This document shows positions 22,928-33,645 of a stretch of 34,339 bases of DNA, piece after piece (position 1 is the first letter of the stretch; the number at the start of each line of letters is the position of its first letter). Below the pieces are notes generated by a model that saw only the letters and a program-made list of their open reading frames with translations, did no database searches and had not been told where the DNA came from. The position numbers and the translations under genes are program-made. The stretch is from NCBI RefSeq assembly GCF_001194135.2, contig NC_068987.1:45136636-45170974 (forward strand), in the 5' to 3' direction. Source of the DNA: Octopus bimaculoides. Its lineage: Eukaryota.

Positions 22928-23520
22928 TACTTCTATAACTGTAAAGAATTAAAAAATTCTTAGTAGATATCATATAAATATTAAATATATATATATATAT
23001 ATCTAACACCTAGTTCACCCTAACTGCAACACCACTGCTAATAACAACTATTATGTCTAACAAATGCACATGCACAACTATATCATGCGTTTTTGTTTAT
23101 AAGTATATAGCTATAATACATTAAAAATGAAGTTCAATCTTGCTTGCAATGTTACACAGCCAAACTGGTGCATAATGGGAAAATACTTTGAACGTAAAGT
23201 GACTCTGAAATGTGAATACAAATGGAGTAAAACAAATTTCACATAAATCGGACCAGTGGTTGCTGAGATATTCAATGTTTTATGGTATACATACCCAAAA
23301 CGATGCATAATGGGAAAAAAACTCCGAAAATAACTTAACCCTGAAAGGGAAGAAACTCTAACCTTTCGATTAGACACATCATGAGGAGCAAAATATTTTA
23401 AAGTGAAAATAACTTTAAAAATACGGTAAATATTTTGTAAAAGACCTGTTCATGACCTCGGTGTGAAACACTTTATTCCATAGGTTTTTTTTTTGAGAGT
23501 ATTCAACATATCTCACCTCC

Positions 23521-23638
23521 AAAGATTTGGCTTCTATTTCTAGCACGCCCTGCTACCATGTAACAGCTTTTTGCAATAAAGGACCTGAAATACCTGTTAC
23601 TGGTAGCAGGGTGTGCAAGAAATAGCAGCCAAATCTTT
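23521..23638. repeat. 118-nt hairpin with 46/45-nt arms and a 27-nt loop
   Basis: Arms 23521-23566 and 23594-23638 are reverse complements with 3 mismatches and 1 bulge. Confidence 0.9.
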
Positions 23639-24335
23639 CCTTTTCTGGGGAAAGGAGCTGTTTATGAGTGATTTCAATGTCACATTCGTTGAAAGCATGT
23701 GAAATAACCTGGAAAAGAAAAAAAAACCCCCACAAAAAGCTCCGTTGCTGGGAAACTCAGACTTCTCCGGTGACGGGTAGTCTAATATATATAATGTTTT
23801 TTTTTGTTAAATACATANNNNNNNNNNNNNNNNNNNNNNNNNNNNNNNNNNNNNNNNNNNNNNNNNNNNNNNNNNNNNNNNNNNNNNNNNNNNNNNNNNN
23901 NNNNNNNNNNNNNNNNNNNNNNNNNNNNNNNNNNNNNNNNNNNNNNNNNNNNNNNNNNNNNNNNNNNNNNNNNNNNNNNNNNNNNNNNNNNNNNNNNNNN
24001 NNNNNNNNNNNNNNNNNNNNNNNNNNNNNNNNNNNNNNNNNNNNNNNNNNNNNNNNNNNNNNNNNNNNNNNNNNNNNNNNNNNNNNNNNNNNNNNNNNNN
24101 NNNNNNNNNNNNNNNNNNNNNNNNNNNNNNNNNNNNNNNNNNNNNNNNNNNNNNNNNNNNNNNNNNNNNNNNNNNNNNNNNNNNNNNNNNNNNNNNNNNN
24201 NNNNNNNNNNNNNNNNNNNNNNNNNNNNNNNNNNNNNNNNNNNNNNNNNNNNNNNNNNNNNNNNNNNNNNNNNNNNNNNNNNNNNNNNNNNNNNNNNNNN
24301 ATAGGTCCTTGGCATGATTAAAATGAATTATATAT

Positions 24336-24379
<44 letters not shown>

Positions 24380-24429
24380 AATATATATTCTTTTACTTGT
24401 TTCAGTCATTTGATAGTGGCCATGGTACA

Positions 24430-24960
24430 TATTCTTAGTGCAAATTTTGAAGAGTGCAGTTTGATTTTAAGAGTTTTCTTTTCAAAGCTATAATGGAAGT
24501 GATAATGGAGCATATTCGGTATATTTTGCTTTATGAGTTCAATAAAGGCAACAACGCAATGGAAAGTGCGAGGAGTATGAAATATGAGGACCGGATAATA
24601 AGTGTAAGCCAGTGTCAACGGTGGTTCCATAAATTCCAAGCTGGAAACTATAGCCTAGAAGATGAGCCTCATCTTGGAAGATCTGTAAAGCTCAACGAGG
24701 ATGTCCTGTAAACCCTAATGGAACAAAATACCATTGTAACTGTTGAGGGACTATCAGAGAAGCTAGGATTTGGTCCTTCAACCATTCGTCAACACCTGTG
24801 TGCTATCAGAAAAGTTAGCAAATTGGGTCAATGGGTTCTTCACAATCTTTCAGAGTCCAATTGCGTGCAGAGAGTGAATGTGTGCTCTTCTTTGCTGTCA
24901 CATCTCACAAATGAACTGTTTTTGGACCGAATAGTGACTGATGATGAGAAATGGTGTAGC
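24430..24960 (+). pseudogene. Mariner (Mos1/Hsmar-like) transposase, 5' half
   Basis: HIRYILLYEF.KG.NA.E.AR; QCQRWF.KF.AG.YSLEDEP..GR; KLGQWVLHNL (WVPHEL motif); FLDRIVTDDEKW (TGDEKW motif). In-frame stop; truncated after the first catalytic D. Confidence 0.9.
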
Positions 24961-24974
24961 CATGATGTTCTGGT

Positions 24975-25039
24975 GATCTGAAGAGCTAACCTTCTATATC
25001 TGCATTGTAAATGATGAAGGCTCTGAAATGACTGTAATC
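24975..25039 (+). ncRNA. Degenerate hammerhead motif
   Basis: gat-CTGAAGA-gctaa ccttc...gaagg ctct-GAAA-TGACTG-TA-atc. 3-bp stem I; C15.2 appears changed to T, consistent with CpG decay. Confidence 0.45.
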
Positions 25040-25309
25040 CTACAGTTATCAAGTGGTTATATTAATATATTTACTATCATACCTCCTGACATTTTATGAT
25101 CTATATACTCCTCATGAAATAATTTCATTGATTGGATCTCTTGGATTTCAGCTGCAGAGAACTCTGTATGATAGCCAGATCCACCAGAGGCATTTCTCTA
25201 TGATTACCGAAGGATTCTATGAATCTATATATTGCACTACAAATTTATATACATAAATATACACATACATATATATCCTATACACACACACATATTATAC
25301 ACACACCCA

Positions 25310-26050
25310 AAATGAAAAGTATATTAGCTAACACCCATAAAACATGGGAGAAGGCAGGTTGCTCTTGCAGAGTGTACAATGACTGTTCAGTGGGAGGCCA
25401 ATGCAAGGCCAAAGGAATCATCTATGAGGCTGGGATGATACCCAGGCTTAGCGACCACAGTAATAGCAGCAATGGATCATCTAAGAACATGGACGGTATC
25501 GGAGGCAGCGACAATGGCAGAAACACCAGCACTGATGCCAATGATCCCAGCACCATCACTACAGCCGGAGAAGATGACTGTGCCAACATCACCATTGGTG
25601 ACAATAGTGGCAACACTATGGCCAGGGACAACCACCACAATAACCACAGCCACAGTGATATCGCTGGACCAACACATCATAAGGGTAACAGCACTGGTGG
25701 CAACAGCAACATCCCCAGGCCAGGAGCCAACCAATGATGTGCCAGAAATGTGAGTGCAGCCAACACCCAAATTGGAAATATATCAGCCAGGACAGCCTTC
25801 AAGCGATGCCTGTACAACCACAGGTCCTTCTTGAGAGTTCTAGAAAGACGATTTGTCACATCCCTGGCCAGCCATGTGTGGTGCCTCAAAGATGAAGGAA
25901 CCCCATACAGTATTAAATGGAAGATCTGAGAGCAGCTGAAACCCTACATACTCAAAGACTCCTTGAAACCTGGTCACTGAATACTTGCCAAGCACTACCA
26001 AAAGCAACCCAAGGGATAAATCCCTTGTTCCCTCTCTCCTAGCCTACAAA
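25310..26050 (+). pseudogene. PLE GIY-YIG endonuclease relic with a long low-complexity insert
   Basis: GCSCRVYNDCSVGGQCKAKGIIYEA (Zn-knuckle Cys plus GIY); ~115 N/S/T/G/D/H-rich codons; KYISQ (decayed YIG); then TAFKRCLYNHRSF...TSLASHVWCLKDEGTPYSIKWKI, matching the PLE EN pattern F-K-x-R..H..SF..T.LS.H.W.LK...I.W.I. Confidence 0.8.
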
Positions 26051-26182
26051 TAACTGGTCTGAAGGAGATAACCTGTCCTCTCTGACACTAGACTATTTAT
26101 TCTTCGATGACCAATTGACCAAATGACCATAACAGATTTCTGCTTCCCAGAAGTGAAGAGCTACATTTGTCTTTGGCTTTAG

Positions 26183-26248
26183 AGTCTGATGAGATGACCA
26201 TGAGACAAAAACCTTCATGGATGCAAATCCATTGGTCAATCTAAGACT
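26183..26248 (+). ncRNA. Hammerhead relic lacking GAAA and stem III, just downstream of the GIY-YIG relic
   Basis: agtCTGATGA-gatgacca...tggtcaatc-TA-agact. Stem II and the stem I partner remain; the GAAAC-N4-G block is absent. Confidence 0.35.
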
Positions 26249-26379
26249 GGACATTAACTTTATTACTTTAATATATATATAGACATATACACACATATGT
26301 GGCACCTTGGGCAATTATCTTCTACTATAGCCCTCGGTCAACTGAAACCTTGTGAGAAGATTTACTAGAAAGTGAAAGA

Positions 26380-26414
<35 letters not shown>

Positions 26415-26810
26415 CATTGTGCTCCAGTCAAAAAGCTGCGACCATGCTGGGGCACTGCCATTTAGAATGCAATATATTTATATTTATGTGTATATCACAT
26501 TTTCTTGACATTGTATGATGTTAGAAAAAGAGTGTCACTGCATGCAGTGACATTGCATGATAGCTGACAATGCATGAGCGCTGTAAGAGGGTGTTATTTA
26601 TTTCCAATATTCTGGAAGAATTTGTTTGGAAATACACACACAAAACAAGCTTCTTCAATTACCTTTTGCCAATTTCACTTGGGAGGTATTGGTCAACCCA
26701 GTTATAGAATAGGATGCTAGCTGACAATGTCTCTGCAGCAGGATTAGAACTCATAACTACGTGATCCTTAAGTAAACTTCTTAACCACAGTCAATATTAA
26801 TTATAAGAAT

Positions 26811-26999
26811 TAAGGCAGTGAACTGGCAAAATTGTTAGCATGCTGGGTAAAATGCTTTGTGGCATTTCATCTGCCCTTATGTTCTGAGTCCAAATTTCAT
26901 CAAGGTTGTCTTTGCCTTTCATCCTTTCGAAGTCAATATAATAAGTACTGAGTACTAGGGTCTCCCAAAAAACTACAGGCCTTGAGCCAAAATTTAAAA
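26811..26999 (+). mobile_element. tRNA-derived SINE with 20-bp target-site duplication
   Basis: Flanked by tcaatattaattataagaat at 26791-26810 and 27000-27019; body matches 32836-33048 with an internal deletion. Confidence 0.85.
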
Positions 27000-27078
27000 T
27001 CAATATTAATTATAAGAATAAGACAGAAATGCTATATCAGTAATGTTAAAATTTCTATTTATTTCAAAAGAAACATAA

Positions 27079-27126
<48 letters not shown>

Positions 27127-27986
27127 NNNNNNNNNNNNNNNNNNNNNNNNNNNNNNNNNNNNNNNNNNNNNNNNNNNNNNNNNNNNNNNNNNNNNNNNNN
27201 NNNNNNNNNNNNNNNNNNNNNNNNNNNNNNNNNNNNNNNNNNNNNNNNAAAAAAAAAAAAAAAAAGATACTAAAAAATACTATACAAGATTGTAATTATT
27301 ATTGTTTTCATCACCATCCTTCTTAATTTCATTACTTCTATAATGTATATTCAAAAAATTACAGCATCGCTGCTTTATAAAATGCAAGAAATATAGAGAA
27401 AATTTTAAAAAGTATACAAATTAGTTATTTTTTTCTTTTTTTTTCTTTTTTACTGTGTTTAAAATTGCTTTGCTTCATGGTAATATCACAGTCATTCTGG
27501 AAAGTTCCCATCCGTCAGGAGGTTTTGTAGGGTGAAGTTATAGTGTTCATCAGTATTATTGGGTTTATGTGTTCAAGTTAGTTTGTCCAAATTGTCATGG
27601 GTTAATACAAGCCTGCAATACAGTCTCTTTCCACATCTCTTCATTCAATATGTATTCCATGAGGTGATTAAAATAAAATATGGTTGTTTTGGTGATATTT
27701 AAGAAAAAGGTTATCATTGATATTATTTGATTTTTTTCTCCTTTCTTTAATTTTAATTTTTTTCCATATGCTTTGATTGAAGTGTTCAGCTGAATAACGT
27801 TTCTTCTTAAAGTAATAAAAAAGTATTAAAACTCACAGAAAAAAGATATATTCCCAAAAATAGATATCTCCATGTGTGTATGTGTGTGTTGGGTATGTGT
27901 ATATTATACAGAAGTTTTAAATGTGTAATTTTTTTTTAATTCCTGAAACATTCATTCTATTGTTGGTCAGTTTCTGTAAAGAAGGT

Positions 27987-28133
27987 CTAGTCCACTTGAC
28001 ATGAAGGACCAGAACACAAAGATAATGTGGCCAAAGTCTGGCTGAGATGCAACACTATATTTGGGTCAGCACTCTTCGCGATGTTAGTAATTTCAGCAGC
28101 ATCTTTCTCAAGATCATACATTTCAATGAAGTG
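27987..28133 (-). CDS. GNS: N-acetylglucosamine-6-sulfatase-like gene, terminal coding exon
   Basis: Acceptor tttttgtcttttttccag| then HFIEMYDLEKDAAEITNIAKSADPNIVLHLSQTLATLSLCSGPSCQVD* (147 nt, phase 0). Aligns by recall to human GNS [27 protein letters not shown]...LQSCSGPTCR. Confidence 0.88.
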   Translation of the reverse strand, partial: HFIEMYDLEKDAAEITNIAKSADPNIVLHLSQTLATLSLCSGPSCQVD

Positions 28134-28359
28134 CTGGAAAAAAGACAAAAACATGAATTGTTTAGAGAGATTTTGTAAAACTAGGAACAAAGATATTGGT
28201 ATGTTTAGGGCATATAGTCAAAGATCCATGTCATACACACACACACGCAATATATATACATGCGCATATATAAATGTATACATACATATATAAATATACA
28301 CACACACATATATACATATGCACACATACACATACATATGTATATATGCACACACATCT

Positions 28360-30637
28360 ATCATCATCATTGTTAACGTCAGTTTTCCATGTGGCAAGGG
28401 TTGGATGGTTTGACTGGAGACTGGCAAGCCAGGAGACTGCACCAGGCTCCAATCTGATCTGGCAATGTTTCTACAACTGGATGCCCTTCCTAACGCCAAC
28501 CACTCCGAGAGTGTAGTGGGTGCTTTTTACATGCCACCAGCAAGGGAGCCAGTCAGGCAGCACTGGCATCGGCCACGTTCGGATGGTGCTTTTTATGTGC
28601 CACCAGCACAGGAGCTAGTTGGGGCGGTGGGGCTGGCATCAACCACGTTTGGATGGTGCTTTTTACATGTCACTGGCATGGGGAGCCAGTCAGGCGGCTC
28701 TGGCAGCGACCCATGCATGAATGAATGGTGCTTATGACATGCCACCAACACTAGTAATGGCCACAACTACAATTTCCATTTGATTGCAATTTGATTTGAT
28801 TTACTTGACTCAAAAGGTCTTCTCAAGCACGGAATGTCACCCAATGATTCAAAGGTACTTTTTAGATGGGCTGGTTATGTGACACTGGTGTAGGCTATGG
28901 CTGTGATCTCACTTTCCTTGCTGGGTCTTCTCAAACACAGCATATGTCCACAGGTCTCAGTCTTTCGTCATTGATTCTGTGAGGCCCAACATTCGAAGGT
29001 CATGCTTCACCACCTCATCCCATGTCTTCCTTCCACTGTTAGGGAGTGACACTTCTTCACACAGCTCTCTTCATCCATACATAGCACATGACCATACCAG
29101 CACAATTGTCTCTCTTGCACACCACATCTGATGCTTCTTATGTCCAACATTTCCTACAGGGCGCTTACACCCTGTTGTGTGTGCACACTGACATTACACA
29201 TCCAGCTGATCATACTAGCTTCATTTCTTTTGAGTCTATGCATGTCTTCAGCAGTCAAAGCTGATGTTTCTCTGCGGTGTAGTATGGCCGTTCACACACA
29301 TGCATCATACAATCTACCTTTCACTCTGAGTGAGAGGCCCTTTGTTACCAGCAGAGGTAGGAGCTTTCTGAACTTTGCCCAGGCTATTCTTATACTAGCG
29401 GTAATGCTCTCTGAGCATCCACCCCCACTACAGACTTGGCCACCTAGGTAGGAGAAGCTATCAACTACTTCTAGTTTCTCTCCCTGGAGTGTGATGGAAT
29501 CAGTTTTCTGAGCATCTGCAGTGTTTATTGCCCTTGTGCATCTGCTGCACACAAAAACTATCTTCCCGGTTAGCCTTCCTTTGATGTTGCTGCACCCCTT
29601 ATGCGTCCATAGCTTACACTTGGTACATCTTATGGAGTTTCTACCTACACCTTTTCTATAGATTGAGCAGGGCTATCTACCTGAAGCGGTTTGTGATATG
29701 TTCGTTTTCCCACTTACTAGGACTTTGGTTTTTTGCAACATCAACTCTAAGGCCCTTCGATTCTAAACCTTGCTTTCACACCTGAAATTTCTTCTCTAGT
29801 TCTTGTAGTGATTCCACTATGAGAGCAAGGTCATCAGCATAGAAGAGCTCCCAAGGACAGCTCGTCTTGAATTCCTCTGTTATTGCCTAGAAGACTATGA
29901 TGAATAAGGTGAACCCCTACTTCTACCCGGAATTCTTCGTTATACTCATTGCTAACCCTTACCTGCCTAACGGCATCCCTGCACAAGGCCTGTACAACTC
30001 TTATTAACCACTTGTCAATCCCCAGTTTCCACATTGCTCACCAGATAAGGGATCAGGGGGCCCTATCAAAGGCTTTCTCCAAGTCCACAAAAGCCAAGTA
30101 TAGGGGTTTATCTTTGGCTAGGTATTTCTCCTGCAGTTTTCATATCAGGAATATAGCATCAGTGGTGCTTCTACCTGGCACAAAACCAAACTGCATCTCA
30201 TCTAAGCAGACTCTCTCCCTAATTAGTTGAGTCATGACCCTCTCTGTGACCTTCATCACCTGATCCAGCAGTTTGATAACCCATAGTTATTTTTATCTAA
30301 AGCATCACCTTTACCTTTGTAATAGTTGACTATGGTGCTGCTGCACCAGTCATTGGGTATGATTCCTTCATGAACTACCTGGTTTACAATACGGGTGACT
30401 AGGCCATGACCCACACCACCAGATATTTTAAGCATCTCAGCAGTGATTCCTGATGGGCTGGGGGCTTTTCCTGACTTCATATCCTTAATTGCTGTTTCTA
30501 CCAGGGTGCTATCTTTTCAGGTAGCTGTCCTTCTGCTGGGTCAACATTTGGCAGGCTCAACTCTTCCCATTCATTCTCCACATTCAGCAGCCTTTCATAA
30601 TGGCTTCTCCAAGCCTCTTTCTTTTCAGAATCATTAA
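28360..30637 (-). mobile_element. 5'-truncated RTE-clade LINE in the GNS intron (most of RT, PHD finger, thumb, 3' UTR, tail)
   Basis: MKSGKAPSPSGITAEML; QFGFVPGRSTTDAIF; LYLAFVDLEKAFDR; GCPWELFYADDLAL; C4HC3 finger; 3' UTR subrepeats; (GAT)n tail. Stops and frameshifts present. Confidence 0.92.
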
Positions 30638-30686
30638 AAGCCAGTGCACCAACATCCATGTGGACACATTGCTCTGTTGTGACATC

Positions 30687-31350
30687 ACAAGAAACAATAA
30701 ATCATATTATCTCTGGCTGCCCAGTCCTGGCTAAGAAGGAATATATTCACAGACACGACAGAGTTGGGACCTATATACACTGGAAGCTATGCCAACATTA
30801 TGGAATAACAACAGAAAGAAAGATGGTATAGGCACATGCCAGAAAAGGTCACAGAAAATGAGAAAGCAACATACTATGGGATATGCCAATATGCACAAAT
30901 AGAGAAATTAAGGCCAATAGACCAGATATAGTTGTCAGAGATCATGAAGGAAAAAAAATGCTTTCTAATTGATGTATCAATACCAACACATGACAACGTT
31001 TCACTAAAAGAAATGGAGAAACTTTCAAAATACAAAGACCTGGAAATAGAGGTAACTCGAATGTGGAATCTAAAAACAGAAACAATTCCTATCATAGTAG
31101 TTGCCTTAGGTATAATAAAAAAATATTCAGACAAATACATAACAAAAACACCAGGACTTACAAATATATATAACATACAGAAAATTGCACTACTGGGCAC
31201 TGTACACATCCTACGTTAAACACTTTCAATACAGTAACTATAAGAGCATCACAACAAACTACAGCACATGCCCAAGGCACACAGAGCTGCACTCAGCAGC
31301 GTAGTGAGAGCACATGGTAAAAATAAGACTACTGAATGATAATAACAACA
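30687..31350 (+). mobile_element. R4/Dong-clade non-LTR retrotransposon, 3' fragment (RLE endonuclease)
   Basis: ETINHIISGCPVLAKKEY..RHDRV (HxxxxC half of the CCHC knuckle); ANRPDIVV...CFLIDVSIP...EKLSKYKDL (PD-(D/E)xK RLE); KIALLGTVHILR*; degenerate (AAT)n tail. Confidence 0.85.
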
Positions 31351-31562
31351 ATCCTTTCAACAGAAGGCACAAAGCCTGAGATTTTGTGGGAGGAGACTAG
31401 TTGATCATCTCAACTAGTTTTCACTGATACTTAATTTATCAACCCTGAAAGGATGAAAGGCAAAGTCAACCTTGGCAGAATTTGAACTCAGAACATAAGG
31501 ACAGATGAAATACTAAGCATTTTGCCTGGCATGCTAATGATTCTGCCAGCTCACCACCTTGC
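31350..31562 (-). mobile_element. tRNA-derived SINE in the GNS intron
   Basis: Reverse complement of aaggtggtgagctggcagaatcattagcatgcc...gagttcaaattctgccaaggttgactttgcctttcatcc. Confidence 0.85.
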
Positions 31563-31929
31563 AACAATACTACTACTAATAATAATGCTGAAGAACAATT
31601 TTTTCCTTTTACCAATAATATTAATAATGAAATGTTTTTATCTTGGCACCATGCCACAAATTTGGAAGAAAGTGCATTCTATTGGAATCAGCCGCATGGC
31701 ACATATGTGGTATATATTTTACTAAAACTGAAGAATTTAAAATCAAAGCTAACCTATAAAGGATTTGAACTTGGAACATGAGCAAAATGTAATTAAATAT
31801 AAAAAAAAAAGAAAAAAGAAAAAACCTGAACCATATAATTCTAGTTACTTCTTTTTTTTAAATGTCAATATACACTACAAGTGATAGGGGTCAATCAACC
31901 AGAGACTTCCATAGAAAGTTAGCCATTAC

Positions 31930-32040
31930 CTCTTTATCATTAAATTCACAATATTTGAAATTATTCTTTGAATCAATATTCCTGATACAGCCATATGTGT
32001 TATTCCAGGAGTCTTCACAAACACAGTTGATATCACAGGA
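31930..32040 (-). CDS. GNS: N-acetylglucosamine-6-sulfatase-like gene, penultimate coding exon
   Basis: ctatttttcag|...gag|gtaatg; 111 nt, phase 0/0. SCDINCVCEDSWNNTYGCIRNIDSKNNFKYCEFNDKE versus recalled human [37 protein letters not shown] (same length). Splices in frame to 28133. Confidence 0.9.
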
Positions 32041-32607
32041 CTGAAAAATAGACCAGAAAATCCAATATAATTAAAAAGAAAAATTTAGTTGTGGATTTAG
32101 AGGTTTACAGAAAACTACTAAACAGATTATGCCAATGAAGACAACTTTTGCCACCTTTCTGAAATCAATATCTCTACCAACTGTAAACATGCTTATAACA
32201 TAAGCATGTTTACAGTTGGTAGATATAAAAGATTTAAAAAAACCAAAAAAAAAACAGAATGGCACCCATGACTTTCAAAAACATTCTTTCAAGCTTAGAA
32301 TTGTTGAAGCAAGAAATAAACTATACTTCCCAAAATAAAGCCATCAATACTCCTGACATCACCATTTCCTCTTTATGACTCTTTTACTGTTCATGTTTTT
32401 ATCTTTTTGTTTTTTATTCTGTGCATTGTGTATACAATTCTTGCCCTCCTTGCTGTCTTTCTCAACTTGACTTATGGCTGCTTTCGGTCCTCCTCTTCTT
32501 ATCATTTCCAATGAGTTATAGTGCTTCTTAGAACTATACAATATACACTTTATTAACATCATCAACATTATTATTATTATTATTATCATCAGCATCACCA
32601 TCATCAT

Positions 32608-32818
32608 TAAGGTAGGAAGACTGCAGAATAGTTAGCATATCAGATAACATGCTAAGCATCATTTCATCCATTTTACATTTTGAGTTCAAATTCCACTGAG
32701 GTCAACTTTGCCTTTCATCCTTTTGAAGTAGATGAAATAAGTACTTGCTGAACACTGGGGTTGATGTAATTGACTTACCCTACCCCCAGATTTCAGGCCT
32801 TGTGTCTATAGCAGAAAG
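32608..32818 (+). mobile_element. tRNA-derived SINE (degenerate)
   Basis: gcagaatagttagcat...gagttcaaattccactgaggtcaactttgcctttcatcc...ataagtac...ggggttgatgtaattgact. Confidence 0.85.
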
Positions 32819-32835
32819 GCTTATTATTATTATTA

Positions 32836-33048
32836 AGGCAGTGAGCTGGCAGAATCAGTAGCATGCTGAGTGAAATGCCTAGCAGCATTTTGTCCATCTT
32901 CTCTTTCTGAGTTCAAGTTCTGCCAAGGTTGACTTTGCCTTTCATCCTTTCAGGGTCAATAAAATAAGTACCAGTTGAGCACTAGGTTCAATGTAATCAA
33001 CTTACTCTCTTCCCTAAAGCTGTTAGCTTTATGCCAAAATTTGACACC
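32836..33048 (+). mobile_element. tRNA-derived SINE, tandem to the previous copy, bounded by (TTA)n
   Basis: aaggcagtgagctggcagaatc...gagttcaagttc...ataagtaccagttgagcactagg...gccaaaatttgacacc followed by (TTA)n. Confidence 0.85.
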
Positions 33049-33444
33049 TTTATTATTATTATTATTATTATATAAAACAATCACTATTTGCTGCCTCAGT
33101 CTGACTGACTAACAATTTTGGGTGCCATGATCACTTAACAGTCAAATGGTCAACTGCAGGAAGGAGAATCCAATTATGAAACCATTCTTGTTCTAGTAAT
33201 ATGTAAATGTCTAAATTTGGAAAACCTTTCCAATACAAACTGTGATGTAAGAGGACAATTAAAATATCAGCTCAGGTTTTATACTCATTTCCATTATTGT
33301 TTCAGTCAAAGAAATCCCTATAAAAGGATTCAGGCCTGGGTCCTCTATAAAGATATTTTCTATACAGATAACTTGGTTCCTATTGTGGAATCTATATAAG
33401 CTTTATGGTCAGCATAGATAAGACCAAGGATTTTTTAGTAAAGA

Positions 33445-33600
33445 TAAGTAAGGTTGTGAGGTTAGGAAACTTGCTTTCTAATCATATGGTTTCAGGTTTG
33501 GATCCATTGTGTAGCTTCTTGAGCAAGTGTCTTCTGCTATAGTCCCAGGTGAAGCAAAACTATTTCAGTGGATATGGTAAATGGAAACTGAAAGAAGTGT
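33445..33600 (+). mobile_element. Degenerate SINE 5' half (family of 6054-6468), followed by (GA)n
   Basis: ggttaggaaacttgctttctaatcatatggtttcaggtt...gagcaagtgtcttctgctatag...ggtaaatggaaactgaaagaag. Confidence 0.75.
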
Positions 33601-33605
33601 ATGTG

Positions 33606-33645
<40 letters not shown>

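Larger units (their letters stand above)
2604..27248. other. Ten assembly gaps (N-runs)
   Basis: 2604-2758, 4900-5058, 8739-8832, 10808-10967, 12701-13060, 14738-14838, 17067-18045, 21716-22532, 23818-24300, 27127-27248. Several abut (TA)n or A-runs. Confidence 0.98.

Noticed and set aside
24938-24950. CTGATGA..GAAA inside the mariner relic
   Set aside because: It encodes TDDEK; there is no room for stem II and no stem III.
25422-25770. Hydrophobic, membrane-protein-like minus ORFs
   Set aside because: Antisense translation of the AAC/ACC/AGC-rich insert gives V/L/A runs artefactually.
25735-26160. In-frame TGA codons in the GIY-YIG relic as possible selenocysteine, and an ATGA..AAA..GA SECIS-like string near 26107
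   Set aside because: The TGAs are not at conserved Cys positions and are explainable as decay (for example CGA to TGA). The knuckle Cys codons are TGC/TGT, and the SECIS-like string lacks a pairing helix.
32071-32607. Further upstream GNS exons (minus ORFs at 32071-32265 and 32359-32607; an LVE peptide after an AG near 32200)
   Set aside because: No match to the expected LVEYxGEG...CP..PG region; upstream exons probably lie beyond 34339.
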